A stretch of DNA of 64,000 bases from the NCBI RefSeq assembly GCF_009914755.1, contig NC_060926.1; one strand, 5' to 3'. Position numbers and translations under genes: made by a program. This DNA is from the human T2T-CHM13v2.0 reference genome, Homo sapiens. Shown piece after piece: positions 33,886 to 64,000 of the stretch (its first letter is position 1; each line of letters opens with the position of its first letter). The notes under the pieces are model-generated. The model saw only the letters and a program-made list of their open reading frames with translations. It was not told the DNA's origin and ran no database searches.

Positions 33886-34336
33886 GTATGTACTCAATGG
33901 GTATTTGTAGAATGAATAAATGGATGGAGCGAATATATTCATATACCCTGTTTATCCATTACCAGTCTGTCTGAATCACTTTTATTTACTCATCAATTTA
34001 TCAAATATAAAATCTCACTATAGAATATACTAAAGAAATAACTATAGTCTATGACTTCACTTGAAAGAGTTTCCAGCATACTCAGAGAGGACAAGACATA
34101 CATACACAGAAAAGGCCTGTCAATGTCGGAGGTCAACACAAACACGAGATGTATAACTAGTAGATTTAACAAGTAAAATACTGCACCTGCCAAATAAGGA
34201 ACGTGAATAAGCACTATGAAAATTCAGAGGAAGGAATGGATTAAGAAGGCTTGGAATGACCAAGTCAAAACTATATAAACAAGATTCAGCTTGAGCTTTG
34301 TGTTAAAATGTGGCTAGGATGTGCATTTAATAGTTA

Positions 34337-35879
<1,543 letters not shown>

Positions 35880-36089
35880 CTACTCACACTAAGTCAGCAT
35901 ATTTCTATCAATAAGACAATCTTTTCTGTATTAGGATGATTTCTGCAACAATTACAATATGATCGAAAACGAAGAAAGACGCGCTGCCATGCCCTGCCAG
36001 CAGGAAGTCTGTTCTTAGTCTACCTGTTCCTTCTGTCCTTTCCTTCTCTTTTTTCTCCCTCCCACTGTCCCACTCATTTTGAGGCCCAC

Positions 36090-37550
36090 ACATTCACTCA
36101 GTGAGCAAGCATTTACTCTGACAGGTATTGAACTATGCTAACTACTAAAAATCACAAAACTTTGTAGAGACTTCATCAAGGCCTTCAAGAAGGTCACTGC
36201 CTGAAAGAAGAAAGAGACAAACACAGTCAAAATAGTATGGGGACAAGTCTTAAACCAGAAGTTTGCAGAAAATGCTGTAGGTAGAAGAGGAAGGAAGATA
36301 AAACTGCCTGAGGGAACTCAGTAATGCTTCAACTGGGAATTGCAAGGATGGGGCACTGCACCTACCAACTAAGCTAAGCACCAAGCAGCTCAGCACCGGG
36401 GCAGCCCCAGCTTTCATTTGTCAGTCACAGGTCCTTCCCTGTCTTCCACTGCAGACTCACACTCCAGTCTCCCTGACTCCCTCCCTATCTCCTCTCAGCT
36501 TCCTTAATGGTTTCAGCACCCACACAGATGACAACAACTCCTCCTTTCTGCCTCCTCAGACCTATAACCTTCCAGTTGTCTGCTCCCAGGAATCAGCGAT
36601 CTCTCCTCCGCTAGCTCATTCCCAGCAGCTTGTAAATGTCCTCTAAATCACTCATCTTACAAAGGCCCTCTCTTGAGCTCACATGCCTTTCATCAATGAC
36701 ACCATCAACAGTGAAGCTTCTTTAAGCCGTTGTCTACACCAGCCAGCTCCACTGATGCACACTTCCTGTCCCCTCCACAGACCCTCTGATCTGGCTTCAC
36801 TTGCTCACTCCACAAGAGCAGCTCTTGTCAGAATCACCAGTGACAGCCATGTTGGCAAATCCAAGGAAGACTTTTCTGTACTTAACAAACTACACCACTC
36901 AGCAGCAATCCAAAGTCGATCGCCCCTTCCTTCTTCAAAAATTCCCTACTTGTGTGAAAACAAATGCTTATGCCTTCTTGCTACTTCTCTGGTTGCATCT
37001 ACTAATTCATCTCTCATCTCTACCCACCTTCCAGATCTCTGTTGGTGGGCTCAGTCCAATGCCTCTTGTCCCCTCACACTGCTCACTCCAAAATAACCAG
37101 CATCCATTCCCATGCTTATAAACTGATGTCTCCCAAATTTGTATCTCCAAGCCAAATACCTCTGAGCTCTAGTCATATACGCTGGCCTCCTTTTGGTTCC
37201 AAACTCTTTACTACTTCAGGGCTTTTGCTTATGTTGTTCCTTCTGCCAAAAACTCTCCTTACACCTATATTGGCCCGGCTATTCTTTTTCATCTTTCAGA
37301 CTTCAGCTCAAATGCTAGCTCCTCAGAGACCCATTGGAAGGCCATTCTAGGGGTACTCCCTTGTCACTGCATGCTGTTCTCTACTTTCAAGCACTTAAGG
37401 TGCAATTCTACCACGTATTTACTGTCTGATTTCCCAACAGGACTGTCAGCCTCAAGAAGGTAGGGACCTAACTATATTTTGTTCACCTAATGCCTATAAT
37501 GCCTGTTGCAAACAAGGTACTCCAGAAATACTCGTCCAAAGAATAAAGTT
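36090..37550. mobile_element. Decayed L2 fragments
   Basis: CATTCACTCA...AAGCATTTACT, GCTCTTGTCAGAATCACCAGTGAC, CTCAGGGCTTTTGC-like and GACTGTCAGCCTC...GTAGGGAC motifs. Confidence 0.5.
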
Positions 37551-39035
37551 TGCTTGGGCTGAAAATCAAAGGACAAACAGTCACTGGCAGTCATAAGTTG
37601 AGTTCCATTCTTTCTTAGAAGTAGAGGTAAGGGAGAAGGTAGAAAACATCACAAGTAAAAGGAATGTGCAAATACATATGGACAAAGCACAGACGCAAGA
37701 GTGTGCGGCCTGTTCAGAGGAAACAAGCAGTCTAGAAAGATCACAGAACTGGTTCCCAACCTGTAAACATTGCTGATCCTCACTCCTGGGATGAAAGGGG
37801 AAACTTATTAGAAGGATGTCTGATAATTATTCCATACATACACCAAGAATTATCTATACAGACAAAATATCATATTCATATGTTTTAATACTGAGAAAGT
37901 ATTCATATTTTTCAAGCTTACCTTTATGCATTATGAATGTATTATGAATTTTTTAATGCAAAAATAATATAAAAAGTGTTTCTAAATTCTTAATTTGATG
38001 TTTTTATTTCAATTAACAAATACTAGAAATTCTACTAGAGTTCTCTAGCTCTGTAATTCTAGATACTAAGAAGATGAAATAATTCTCGAAAAGCCTGTAA
38101 AATACCAGTCAGGCATACAACAGAAAGACTGTACAGAAATAAGGCCCAACAGTCCATTTCTTGCACCAAAAGTCAACAGTGCTTTGGTCTTGCAGGGAAA
38201 TCTATACAAGTCATCTCTGAACTGGAGAATCTAGAAACTGGATGGATATATAATTGTGTACCTTGGAAAGATCATTAAAAGCTGGAATTACTCAAGTATA
38301 CTCAAGAATATTCTGCAGTAGGGAAAAAATCAGAGTTAAACTAATTTTCTCTCATTCTCTATCCCTCACTCCAGTGTGCACAATGATTAACTACAATGTA
38401 ATTACGACAAAATCCAAACACAATGTAAAAGCACCAAAATGAATAAAAGGTTCAAGCTCACCACATTACATTAAAAAGGCAGGTCACCTGAACAACAAAA
38501 CAAAATCATTAACATTGGTTAACTTTCAGCTGATAAAATTACAGGCCCCTTAATCTTATCTTTATGCTTTCCTGTGTTTTCCAAATTTTTTCTATGATGA
38601 ATACATATTACTTTTATAATCACAATTAGAAAAATAGTATTCAAAACTCAGGCACTATCATTTCATAGTGGAGGGAAATCTACCTTTCAACACTACAGAA
38701 CATAGTGAAGTAAATGATAAGAAAAAAATTCCTAAGAAAATGCAGCTGGCAGATCAGTTATTTCCACAAAAACATGTTGTAAAAAACTATAGGCTGGTCA
38801 ACACAAATAACTGCAAAAACAAACAACAACAACAAAAAGGCAACTGCATTACAGTACACTTGCCATCAGAAAATAATAGAAACAAATACTACACAGGTGT
38901 CAGATAAGGTACTCATGATTAGAATTTGCCTTCACTAGTATTTTAATAAAGTAAATTTTAAAAATCCTCTCAGATATTTTAAACATATTTTTCCCTAAAT
39001 GTGAACTGTAAAAGTAGAACATAGTTTTCATTCTA

Positions 39036-39519
<484 letters not shown>

Positions 39520-39554
39520 AATTACCCAGAATTAGCAGGGCCAGTGGCACATGT

Positions 39555-44450
<4,896 letters not shown>

Positions 44451-44664
44451 AATGATTTAAAAGTTTGCCTGCATCTAGACAAGGTTTAAGAAAAAAAATT
44501 GTCAATTATTTCAATTTTAAAATATTCATTTTATGCCCCACTTTCTATACTAAGTATTCCATGTGCATGTACAAATGAAAAGCAAGTCTCCCTTCAAAAA
44601 TAAAAATGTTTCTAGTAACACATGAAGAGTTGGTTTCTAACGGTGAAATCCACTAAAAAGCTAA

Positions 44665-46010
<1,346 letters not shown>

Positions 46011-47676
46011 ACCAAGATTTGAACTTCACTTTCTAATTCAAAATCCAGGGCTATTTTCACCAAAATGCAGCTCCTTCTTCTCACCAACAATAGATACACA
46101 TCTCTGAGTACTTTAGACACACGTATCATTTAGGAAAAAGACCTACAAAGGAAAGATATATCCACCATAATGTTCTCAAAATAAGAGCTGAAAAGCTTGA
46201 ATATAGAGGAACAACTAGTACCTGGCACAGCACCTCATACTAAGCAAGTGATCCACAAAGAATAAATGAAGAGAAAGAACCATCACATGCATTCCCACAA
46301 GCAGCCTTAGGAGAGTAATTCAGCAACATTTAGTTCAGAGAGTTCAGTACATCCCATAGATGCCAATGGCAAGCCAAAAGCATGATCAAAAATAGGAAAA
46401 AGAGGAGAAAACTAGGATAACGTAGGGAAAAGAAGACACAGCACAGCAGGAAAAGAGGAGAAACAACAAAATATGCGTAACCATTGGGGGAAACTGGGTG
46501 AAGGGTAAACAAGAACTCCCTGTACATTTTTTGCAACTTCTTGTGAATCTATAATTATTTCACAATAGGAAGTTAAAGAAAACAAAAGAAGAAAAAAGTG
46601 GAAAGACACATGAAATGGAAAGGCTCTTGGTTCCAGTTTCCTAAGTTCACTGAGTACTTAATGTACCAGGCAATCTGCCAGGCACTGCCCTCAACAAGCT
46701 CCATGTTCACTGCAGAGAGAAAGACAAGTAAATAATCTATTCCACCAAGTATATCAAGACGCTTTCCTGCAAGGCTCTACTTTTCCAATTCCTTAGGAAA
46801 CATGGAAAAAAGAAAGGCTACAACAGTGAAACAAATATAAGGGCACCACTAGGTAAAGCTACACCTTAGGTGTACCTGAGCATGAGAATGCAGGCTTTGC
46901 TTATTGTCCCTCACCATCCAAGCATGTTTACCTTGCTTAGGCAAGATTCATACTCCTCAGTATGAATCTGACGGACGAGGAAAACGTGCAGAGTCATGGA
47001 CAGCCTTCAAAGATAAGGAACCCTGTGCTTGCTAAAGAAAGAGAACTGAAATGAGGGCTTTAGAGATTCATTTATTCATTGACAATTTAGATCTTATTAT
47101 GTTACTTCAAACCCTTTCAATGCAACTTAAGTGACTTGTCAGCGAAAAATAATGTGGAACATCACCTGAGCAATGACAAAGGCTACTGAAAAGACAATTT
47201 CATATACTATCAAATAAGGAATTTTATACACTGCATACAATTTCAAATACTATGAAATACTGTGAAATTTCATACCCTGTCCACCACTATTCAATCATAT
47301 TTCAAGCTCATACACTTTAAGTCTGTACTTTACTAAGTTTATACCTAACAAAAATTTGCTATATTTCTCAGATAAGCTATATTAGGACACTGCTTTTACT
47401 AAAATGAAATTTTTATAGTTATGTTTTATGGATTTACAAAAAAAATTCCAAAAGAAAAGCGCAAAAAGAGAGCTGTGCCTTAACAATGTTAGTATAAACT
47501 GGGTTGTACTACATACAGCAGCTCGGTTTCCAAAACGAGTTATGATTGCTTCAATATTTTTCCAACATAAACTTATTCCTATTCAACATTAACATGGTTT
47601 TCCTTAAAATATCAAAAAACCTAACCATCACTCTAGTCCTACATTTTCAAAAACGGTCACTTAAGAATGTAATTGA

Positions 47677-49542
<1,866 letters not shown>

Positions 49543-49662
49543 TAAATTCCAGAAAGTTGTTTTTAAAGTTAAATCAAATTGTAATCCTGATATCACAATC
49601 ATCATCCATTACTACAAGTATTGAAAACTACAGAAAGTTTGGTAGATCACCATATTGGAAAG

Positions 49663-49664
<2 letters not shown>

Positions 49665-49704
<40 letters not shown>
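49665..49704 (+). repeat. (AC)~20 microsatellite
   Basis: Directly visible, uninterrupted. Confidence 0.95.
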
Positions 49705-49707
<3 letters not shown>

Positions 49708-49811
49708 GAAGCAATTATTCAGTAAATCTTCTGTATCTAGTACCCATCTCTAGAAGGCAGTATTGGTAACATCTACAAGGAAACAAAACTTATTCCTGCC
49801 TCGTCCAGTCA

Positions 49812-52192
<2,381 letters not shown>

Positions 52193-52243
52193 AAAATGCA
52201 AAAGTAGTCTATAATCAGCCACGAACTGTACAAAAACAGAGGG

Positions 52244-52245
<2 letters not shown>

Positions 52246-52276
<31 letters not shown>

Positions 52277-52308
52277 TATGTGTGTGCATATATATATATA
52301 TATATATA
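52246..52308 (+). repeat. Compound (TG)n/(TA)n microsatellite
   Basis: Directly visible. Confidence 0.92.
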
Positions 52309-53004
52309 GGCTTTTTTTCATGAATATAATTAATAACATTGGTGACTCCAGGGAAAGAAATTGGGTGGATGGCAGACAAGCTAGGAGAGAAACTTAAATT
52401 TTTAATTCATGTGTATATATTACCTGTTCAAAAAAAAGTTTATAATAGAAAAATTTCATGCATTTAACTAATAGTCCTATTTCTCACTCTACACAATTTA
52501 AGCAAGATGAAGCGAATTCTCATATAACTATAATATACTTACATTCACTCATAATAAAAAGAGATACAAGTATATCCCCCAGATACCTTCTTAAAACTTC
52601 TATGTTCAATAATGCACATAATAAACTTGTAACTGCAATTCAAAATATTAATAATACCATCACTATTCAGAAGCAAACAAAATAGCAACAAGTTTCCTAA
52701 AAGAACAATGTCTAACCCCTCCCCGCAAATTCCAAAATTGAATCACTGACCAGTTTATAATTCAAGTAAGGATATGAAAATACAAGAGTCCTGATTTCAT
52801 CAACATCTAGGACTCCCCATAACATGTTAGTTTCAAACAGCCTTTTTCTCTCAGCAAGAGTGCTTTCTTGCCTCTTATCTGTAGCCACTTCTCAAAATGA
52901 GAACATGACATTACTATAGCCAAAAGTCAATCTCCTTGTCTCATGGTCACAAGCTAGGTCCCCAGCCAACACTGCTCTCTCAAAAATGGAAGACAACAAA
53001 ACAG

Positions 53005-53293
53005 GGCCAGGCACGGTGGCTCACACCTGTAATCCCAGCACTTTCGGAGGCAGAGGTGAGTGGATCATGAGGTCAGGAGATCGAGACCATCCTGGCTAAC
53101 ACAGTGAAACCCCGTCTCTACTAAAAATAAAAAAAAATTAGCCAGGCGTGGTGGTGGGCACCTGTAGTCCCCGCTACTCGGTAGGCTGAGGCAGGAGAAT
53201 GGCGTGAACCTGGGAGGCGGAGCTTGTAGTGAGCCCCACTGCACTCCAGCCTGGGCGACAGAGCGAGACTCCGTCTCAAAAAAAAAAAAAAAA
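53005..53293 (+). mobile_element. AluY-like
   Basis: GAGATCGAGACCATCCTGGCTAACAC, AATGGCGTGAACC and GGAGCTTG diagnostics. Confidence 0.85.
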
Positions 53294-54334
53294 CCAGACC
53301 CCAGAGTACCCACCAGGAGAGTGTGCACCTGGTTCACAGCCTCACATCCTTCAGGCCAAAATAGGAAGGGACCACATCTCTTTCCCCAACCCCAGCTTAG
53401 GATCCCATCCCTCTTCAGTTTTCCCATAGTAGCACGCTTAATACACAGAATAATAACCATTACTTGTCTGCCTTCCTTCTTAGGCATGGAGCTCCTTGGC
53501 AACAAGGCTTGAGAGCCTTTCTCTCTGCCCTTAAACATAACAGCAAAGTTTGCTGAATGATGATTTTGATCAAGTTACACAGTTTGTTCAATCTCTAGTA
53601 ATTACCTAGGATATACCCTAGAATAACACTTTTATTTTAATGTCAGCAGTTTCTTTAAAGACTCTCTGTTTTTAGGCCCATTTCTTATTAATGCCTTGTG
53701 TACACCCTTTCTGCATCACCTCCAGTCTCCCTACCCCACCCCAAAAGAGGTCTAGTAACCAGATAATTACAATGAGATGTTTCTAATCTCCCAGTGCTTA
53801 GTCATTCTTTCATGACTCCATAAAATCAGTAACTCTACAATTAAACTAAATACTGTCCCTTTGTCCAAACAAATCCTCCTTTGGCCACTTCAGAAATCCA
53901 CTGCATGTTCTGAAAAGAAAGACAGAATGGCAAGCTTTTCCCACTATGTTTACTTTAGAAACGCAGTCACAGACCACAGGAAATCTGCCTGGCACGCCAA
54001 TCACTGCCAACAGGTACGCTCAATCAGCAGTAAGCCCAGACAGCTCATATTGAGAGCATTTTTTAGAGGGCCATCTTCCTCAGAATAGGATCCCATGCCT
54101 GGAGGATAATTTATTAAATGAAAAGAATGCTGCTTCTGTCAAGCTTTTTAGACAAAATATATGCACAAAAGTAGAACAATAGCTATAGATTCAGATACAT
54201 ACCAGCCCAACTTCTCCATAAAGAAGGATGGAGATAGCAAAAGATAGTTTGCATCCCTCCTTCCTACTCTCCCTGGCATAAATCATGCTTCCTACTAAGG
54301 GAGTTTAAACTCTTGTTAAATCAGTCTCTTAGAG

Positions 54335-54489
54335 AGCTAGGCACTGTGGCTCACACCTATAATCCAATCCCAGCACTTTAGGAGGCTGAAGAGGGAGGAT
54401 CACTTGAAGCCAAGAGTTCTAGGCAGCAGTGAGCTATGATCACACCACACTGCACTCCAACACGGGCAACAAAGCGAGATTGCGTCTGT

Positions 54490-54521
<32 letters not shown>

Positions 54522-54530
54522 GAAAGAAAA
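54335..54530 (+). mobile_element. Monomer-length old Alu with (AAAAG)n tail
   Basis: Left-arm start runs directly into right-arm end. Confidence 0.75.
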
Positions 54531-55165
54531 TGACTCTGTTGATTGACAATTACCTGGAAAGCATATGAAATACTGTGTTTACTCTGGCCTCTCTGATGTT
54601 GTTATGTTGCTTGGAACTAAAGAGAATAAAATAATTCCTTCCTTTGTTTCCACTATTAATAATAAATGTCTTCTAAAAAAGACAATAGATGAATAACCAA
54701 CACCTCAGATAATAAAAGTGTTTACATAACAAGATACTAAGAAATACCTTAAGAGTCAAAATTTACTGGAAAACAAAAAGCAAAGGCCAACCTTCAAGCT
54801 GAATCTTTCCCTTCACTGACATCTGGACTATAGATTACAAAACGGACTCCCCAGAGAGGTCTGATCTCTTAGGGCAAGTAACATTAGCCACTACCAAACA
54901 CTAAAGAGTGTGATGGAGGGAAATATGTTAATACAGATTCAGAGAGAAAGATCAGAGACTTCACTAGTTAACTTCTGGAATTTCTGGACAAGAATTTTCT
55001 AATGCTGTTTATTTTAATTTTTTGTTAGAAAAGTAATACATACTCATTGCTCAAACTCAAAATAATTTTTGAGACTAAGAGCATTTGTCAAAAATGAAAA
55101 GGCAAAATCTAGACATACAAAATAACCTCTAAAATGAGTATATTTCTCAATTCAAAATTCAGTTA

Positions 55166-55970
<805 letters not shown>

Positions 55971-56639
55971 ATTTTTTAAAAAATTTCAGACATCCATAAA
56001 ATGAGCCACATATTATGCTACCTAACTAGAACTTACCCAAATACCATGTGTCACACACAAAAAAGTCCTAAGGCATTGGAAAGATCAAGATACTACCGTC
56101 AATCCCTACATTTGGTAAAATGACTTAAAAGGACCTGAGTAAAAAACTTTGAAGAACTTTTTAATACATCAACCAGTAATTTTTTAAGAACGATTTTCTG
56201 CAACTACCCCAAATATATCCACATAGATCTATGTTCAGCTTCACAATTCAGTCAATATAGGTTAAGCATACCACCTGTATGGTACTAGACTAGGCACCAG
56301 AGTGATGTCCACTCCTCAAGAGAAAAGGAAATTGAGAAAGAAAGAAATAGAACATATACTCTCCTACCCCAAAGGTCCTTACAATCTGTTTTTGGGACAC
56401 AAACTATTTAAAAGTTAAATAACAACACAAAGTTAAAAGAAAGGAGGGGAATTCATATTTATTAAGTGCCTCATATATCAAGCAGCAACACAATAACACA
56501 CACAAAACATCCACATCTCCTGTTTTGAGGGAAGAAAATAAGGAAAGAGGAGAGGTTGAGAGAATAGAAAATGAAGTCAAAAACCCAAAGCAAACTATAA
56601 ATGCCACTCAGGGATACAGAAAATAAGTAACTAAAACAT

Positions 56640-59715
<3,076 letters not shown>

Positions 59716-60009
59716 GAAAAAAAAACTTTATCAGGTCTTCAGTTATCTGGATTGTCTAAGGTTAGATTTCATATCAGGAGCTCAAATCTAAAAAGGACTG
59801 TACAGTCACCTGATCTAATCCTCGTGGAAACCCTAGTGGGAAGTCTGCATCTCTACATCCCTCCTGACTAGTGAGTGGTTTCCAGATGCTGCCAGATAGT
59901 GGCAGCATACCTTTCCCCAAGGCAGCCCACTGACCTTCATGAAGGAAGAACAACCTGAGCTGGAAAAAAAAAAAATGGGATAAATGAAAAGCATGCTGAA
60001 GATTTTAAA

Positions 60010-60200
60010 AGCCAAATTCTGCTATTCTGCAGGTGTGTGACAATTAACAAATTATTCAACTTCTCCAAGTCTCTGCTTTCTCTCATTATAAAATGACAAT
60101 AGCACCTGCCTTTAAATGTTACTGTAAGAATTGGCAGAAGTATACCTCTAGCACCCATCCAACTGCCTGGCAAATGGTGAGTGTTCTATCTCATGGTAAT
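60010..60200 (+). mobile_element. MIR fragment
   Basis: TGTGTGACAATTAACAAATTA...CTCATTATAAAATG. Confidence 0.6.
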
Positions 60201-61157
60201 TGCTAGTGTGACAATAGGTCTATGTGCTACCTTTCAGCTAACCAAAGGCTGAGCAGGATATGGCCTGGGCTGGGAGAACACTATGACTTACCAGAACTTA
60301 AATAAAACAGCCACCAGCACCACAGAAAAACATCAGAGAAGGAGCTGTTTTTATGCAGTTCAAGTCTCTTAGGAAAGACTGGCTTATTGTTCCAAGAACG
60401 AACCCAGCTACTCTTCATTTAGGAAGGCACTGCTACACAATTCATTTTCTCTATACAACAGGCCTCTGTTAGCATGTCCGGGCTACTGTTCGTAACAGAG
60501 TCTGCCTCTACCCACAGGAAAGACACAGTCTATGAAGAAAATTCGCTAAAAGGTAGTCCCCAGAGGCTGCTCTCAAACTTGTGTAGCCCCAGAAGCACTT
60601 GGGGAACCTGTTAAAAAAAAAAAAAAAACAGGTATCGCCCACACCCACAGATATTCTGATTACTAAATATTTTACACAGGAGCCTAGCACACAACTGTTT
60701 AAAGAAACACTAGAAGGTAGGCCACAAAAATGTAAAAAGATCACATTCTGATGTGGACAACTACAACAATCTGTCCCACAAAGCAAAGGCTGCATTTTCC
60801 TCTATGCCCATCTAGAAATGGAATAGTTTTGGTCATGCCAGACAGGATTGGAAACCAAGGAAGTAACAGAGACCACCTGCATGTAATACCCAATGTGAGT
60901 TTCATACAGTTTCATCATACTGAAGGCCCTCATGATTGCTTATTCTTTTTTAAAATAAACACAAAAAGTAATGAAAAATAAAAATAATGTACCAGCTACA
61001 CCTCATATAATAGCAAAAAATATACTTAAATTATATTCACCAGAAGTTGGTAACATTTTTGTGAAACTAACACATTCTTAGATTGCTGGGAAAATTACTA
61101 AATGGTACGAATTTTTGGTTAGCTAGTGGCAATACATATTAAAAGTCATAAATATGA

Positions 61158-62020
<863 letters not shown>

Positions 62021-62639
62021 CTCAAACAGTTTACCAAAATTTGCCATATTAAGCAAAATGACAAAGCTATTAAAACTTAAAATTACATATACTATGTAAT
62101 TATAAGAAAACCATCCATAAAACATGCAAGACCTAAAATTACTTACAAAAAGAATGGACACATGGACAGTCTCAAAGAGTGATATATCGGGAAGTAATAG
62201 CTCATGTTGAAATGGTTTGATGTGGTTTTCCTCCACTGGTCTCTCAACTTTCCATATTATTGCTACATTATTGCAGTAAGACTATAAATATATTTAACTG
62301 ATTCTGCCTGGAGAGTTAATTGGACAGTAGTGAGGGAAAGTCCTACACTGACCTCAGCTATCCTGAATGAAGACAGGCTCACCTAAACGCACCATGCTAT
62401 CAGATGGCCACAAGGCCAGTTCTAGATTTCTTTCCCCAAAAGATCAATCTTAACAGATACACAAAAATATAAAACCTTGAATTTACTTTTTTTCTATTCT
62501 TTTCTTTAAATACTCTAAAAGTAGTATTTTTCTAAAAGCAAGTATATACGCACTAAAGGAAAGGAGGAAATCTGATTTGACAGCTATTGGCATGGCAAAA
62601 AGACTAGAAGACTTCAAAAGCCACAACTTCAATATAAGC

Positions 62640-63520
62640 CAAGATGATGTAGCTAGGAAACAGCATGGTTCACGTGAAAAGGACATTAAGCTGAGAGACA
62701 GAAGGCCCAGTTCTCAATCTAGATCAATCAGGGTGAATTTCATTTGCAGACCTTGATTTCTCATCTGCAAATTGATAGGATCGTGATGCTATCTCCCCTA
62801 CCCATCTCATAAGACTTGGAAGGGAACAAAGATTATGACTGTAAAAGTGCATTAAAAATCATTTTTATCTTTTAAATCTGGCCATTATTATTATGAAGAC
62901 ATTTATTTATAAATCTACAAAAAAAGGGTAACAGTGTGTGGAAGGATACATTCCAAACTGGTAAGTGGGTGTTTCTCCAGGAGTCTGAAATTGGGAGCCA
63001 TGCCTTTACCTATATCTGCATTGTTTGAATCTTTTAGGAACATCTATTCATCTATTACTTGGGGAATTTTAAAATTTTAATTTGTAAAAGCTAATGATAT
63101 CACGAATGTAAAGTGCAGAGTTCTCCACCTCTGGCTCATCTAAGAATCATCTAAAGGCTGTTAAAACTGTGGCTACCCAGGTCCCCTACAAATTCCCTGG
63201 GTGGAAGATAATAAAATAAGGCCAGGCTGCTTGTATTTTAACAAGGTCCCAAAGAGATTCCAGTGACTTGATTACTGCAACTACTACTACATGGTTATTA
63301 ACTCCTACCATGTATTACCGACTTAACACATACCAGTCACTATCCTCAACACTTTACACGTATTATCTCATTTAATCCTGACAACAACCTATAGGTAGGT
63401 GCTACAATTAACACTGCCCTCCCCTCACCCTCATTTTACAGATGAAGACACTAAAATATTGAGATTATTTAACTGGCCTAAAATCACAGCACTTGTAAGT
63501 GGCAGAGCCAGAATGCACAA
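62640..63520. mobile_element. MIR fragments (62640-62890 plus; 63290-63520 minus) and a MER5-like remnant near 63115-63270
   Basis: TTTCTCATCTGCAAA, TTATCTCATTTAATCCT and CATTTTACAGATGAAGACACT motifs. Confidence 0.58.
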
Positions 63521-63647
63521 GGAAATTTGAAAATCATTGGTTCAGTTTCCTAACCTAAGAAAACAGCTGTATATTCTGGTCAGGTCATATCTTCTGTTTT
63601 GTTTCAGACACTGCATTTAAAGGACATTAAAAAAAAAAAAAAACAAT

Positions 63648-64000
<353 letters not shown>

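Noticed and set aside
46860-46874. TACACCT-T-AGGTGTA palindrome
   Set aside because: A 7-bp inverted repeat is expected by chance in 64 kb.

Overview
Human (Homo sapiens) genomic DNA, not microbial. The species call rests on a human-specific AluYb8 at 547-855. The window lies inside CLASP1, on the minus strand. Its only real exon is the 480-nt exon 24985-25464, which holds the start codon and the first 65 codons (MEPRMESCLAQ...SSNYK, start of TOG1); it is probably exon 2. Higher coordinates are the upstream intron and lower coordinates the long downstream intron. The rest is about 68 Alu/FLAM pieces by hand count (about 49 plus, 19 minus), old and young L1 fragments, MaLR LTRs, MIR/L2, two DNA-transposon MITEs, a Y4 RNA retropseudogene and microsatellites. 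There is also a ~2.4-kb purine-rich, triplet-phased VNTR at 29445-31890. Nearly all ORFs in the supplied track are Alu or low-complexity artefacts. Best leads: (1) the ATG exon as a single-exon circle encoding a 77-aa junction peptide; (2) three uORFs, one in frame with CLASP1; (3) the frame-preserving VNTR with an ~811-codon open sense frame; (4) a candidate recursive splice site; (5) several retrotransposon oddities. Repeat boundaries are approximate and subfamily calls are by eye.
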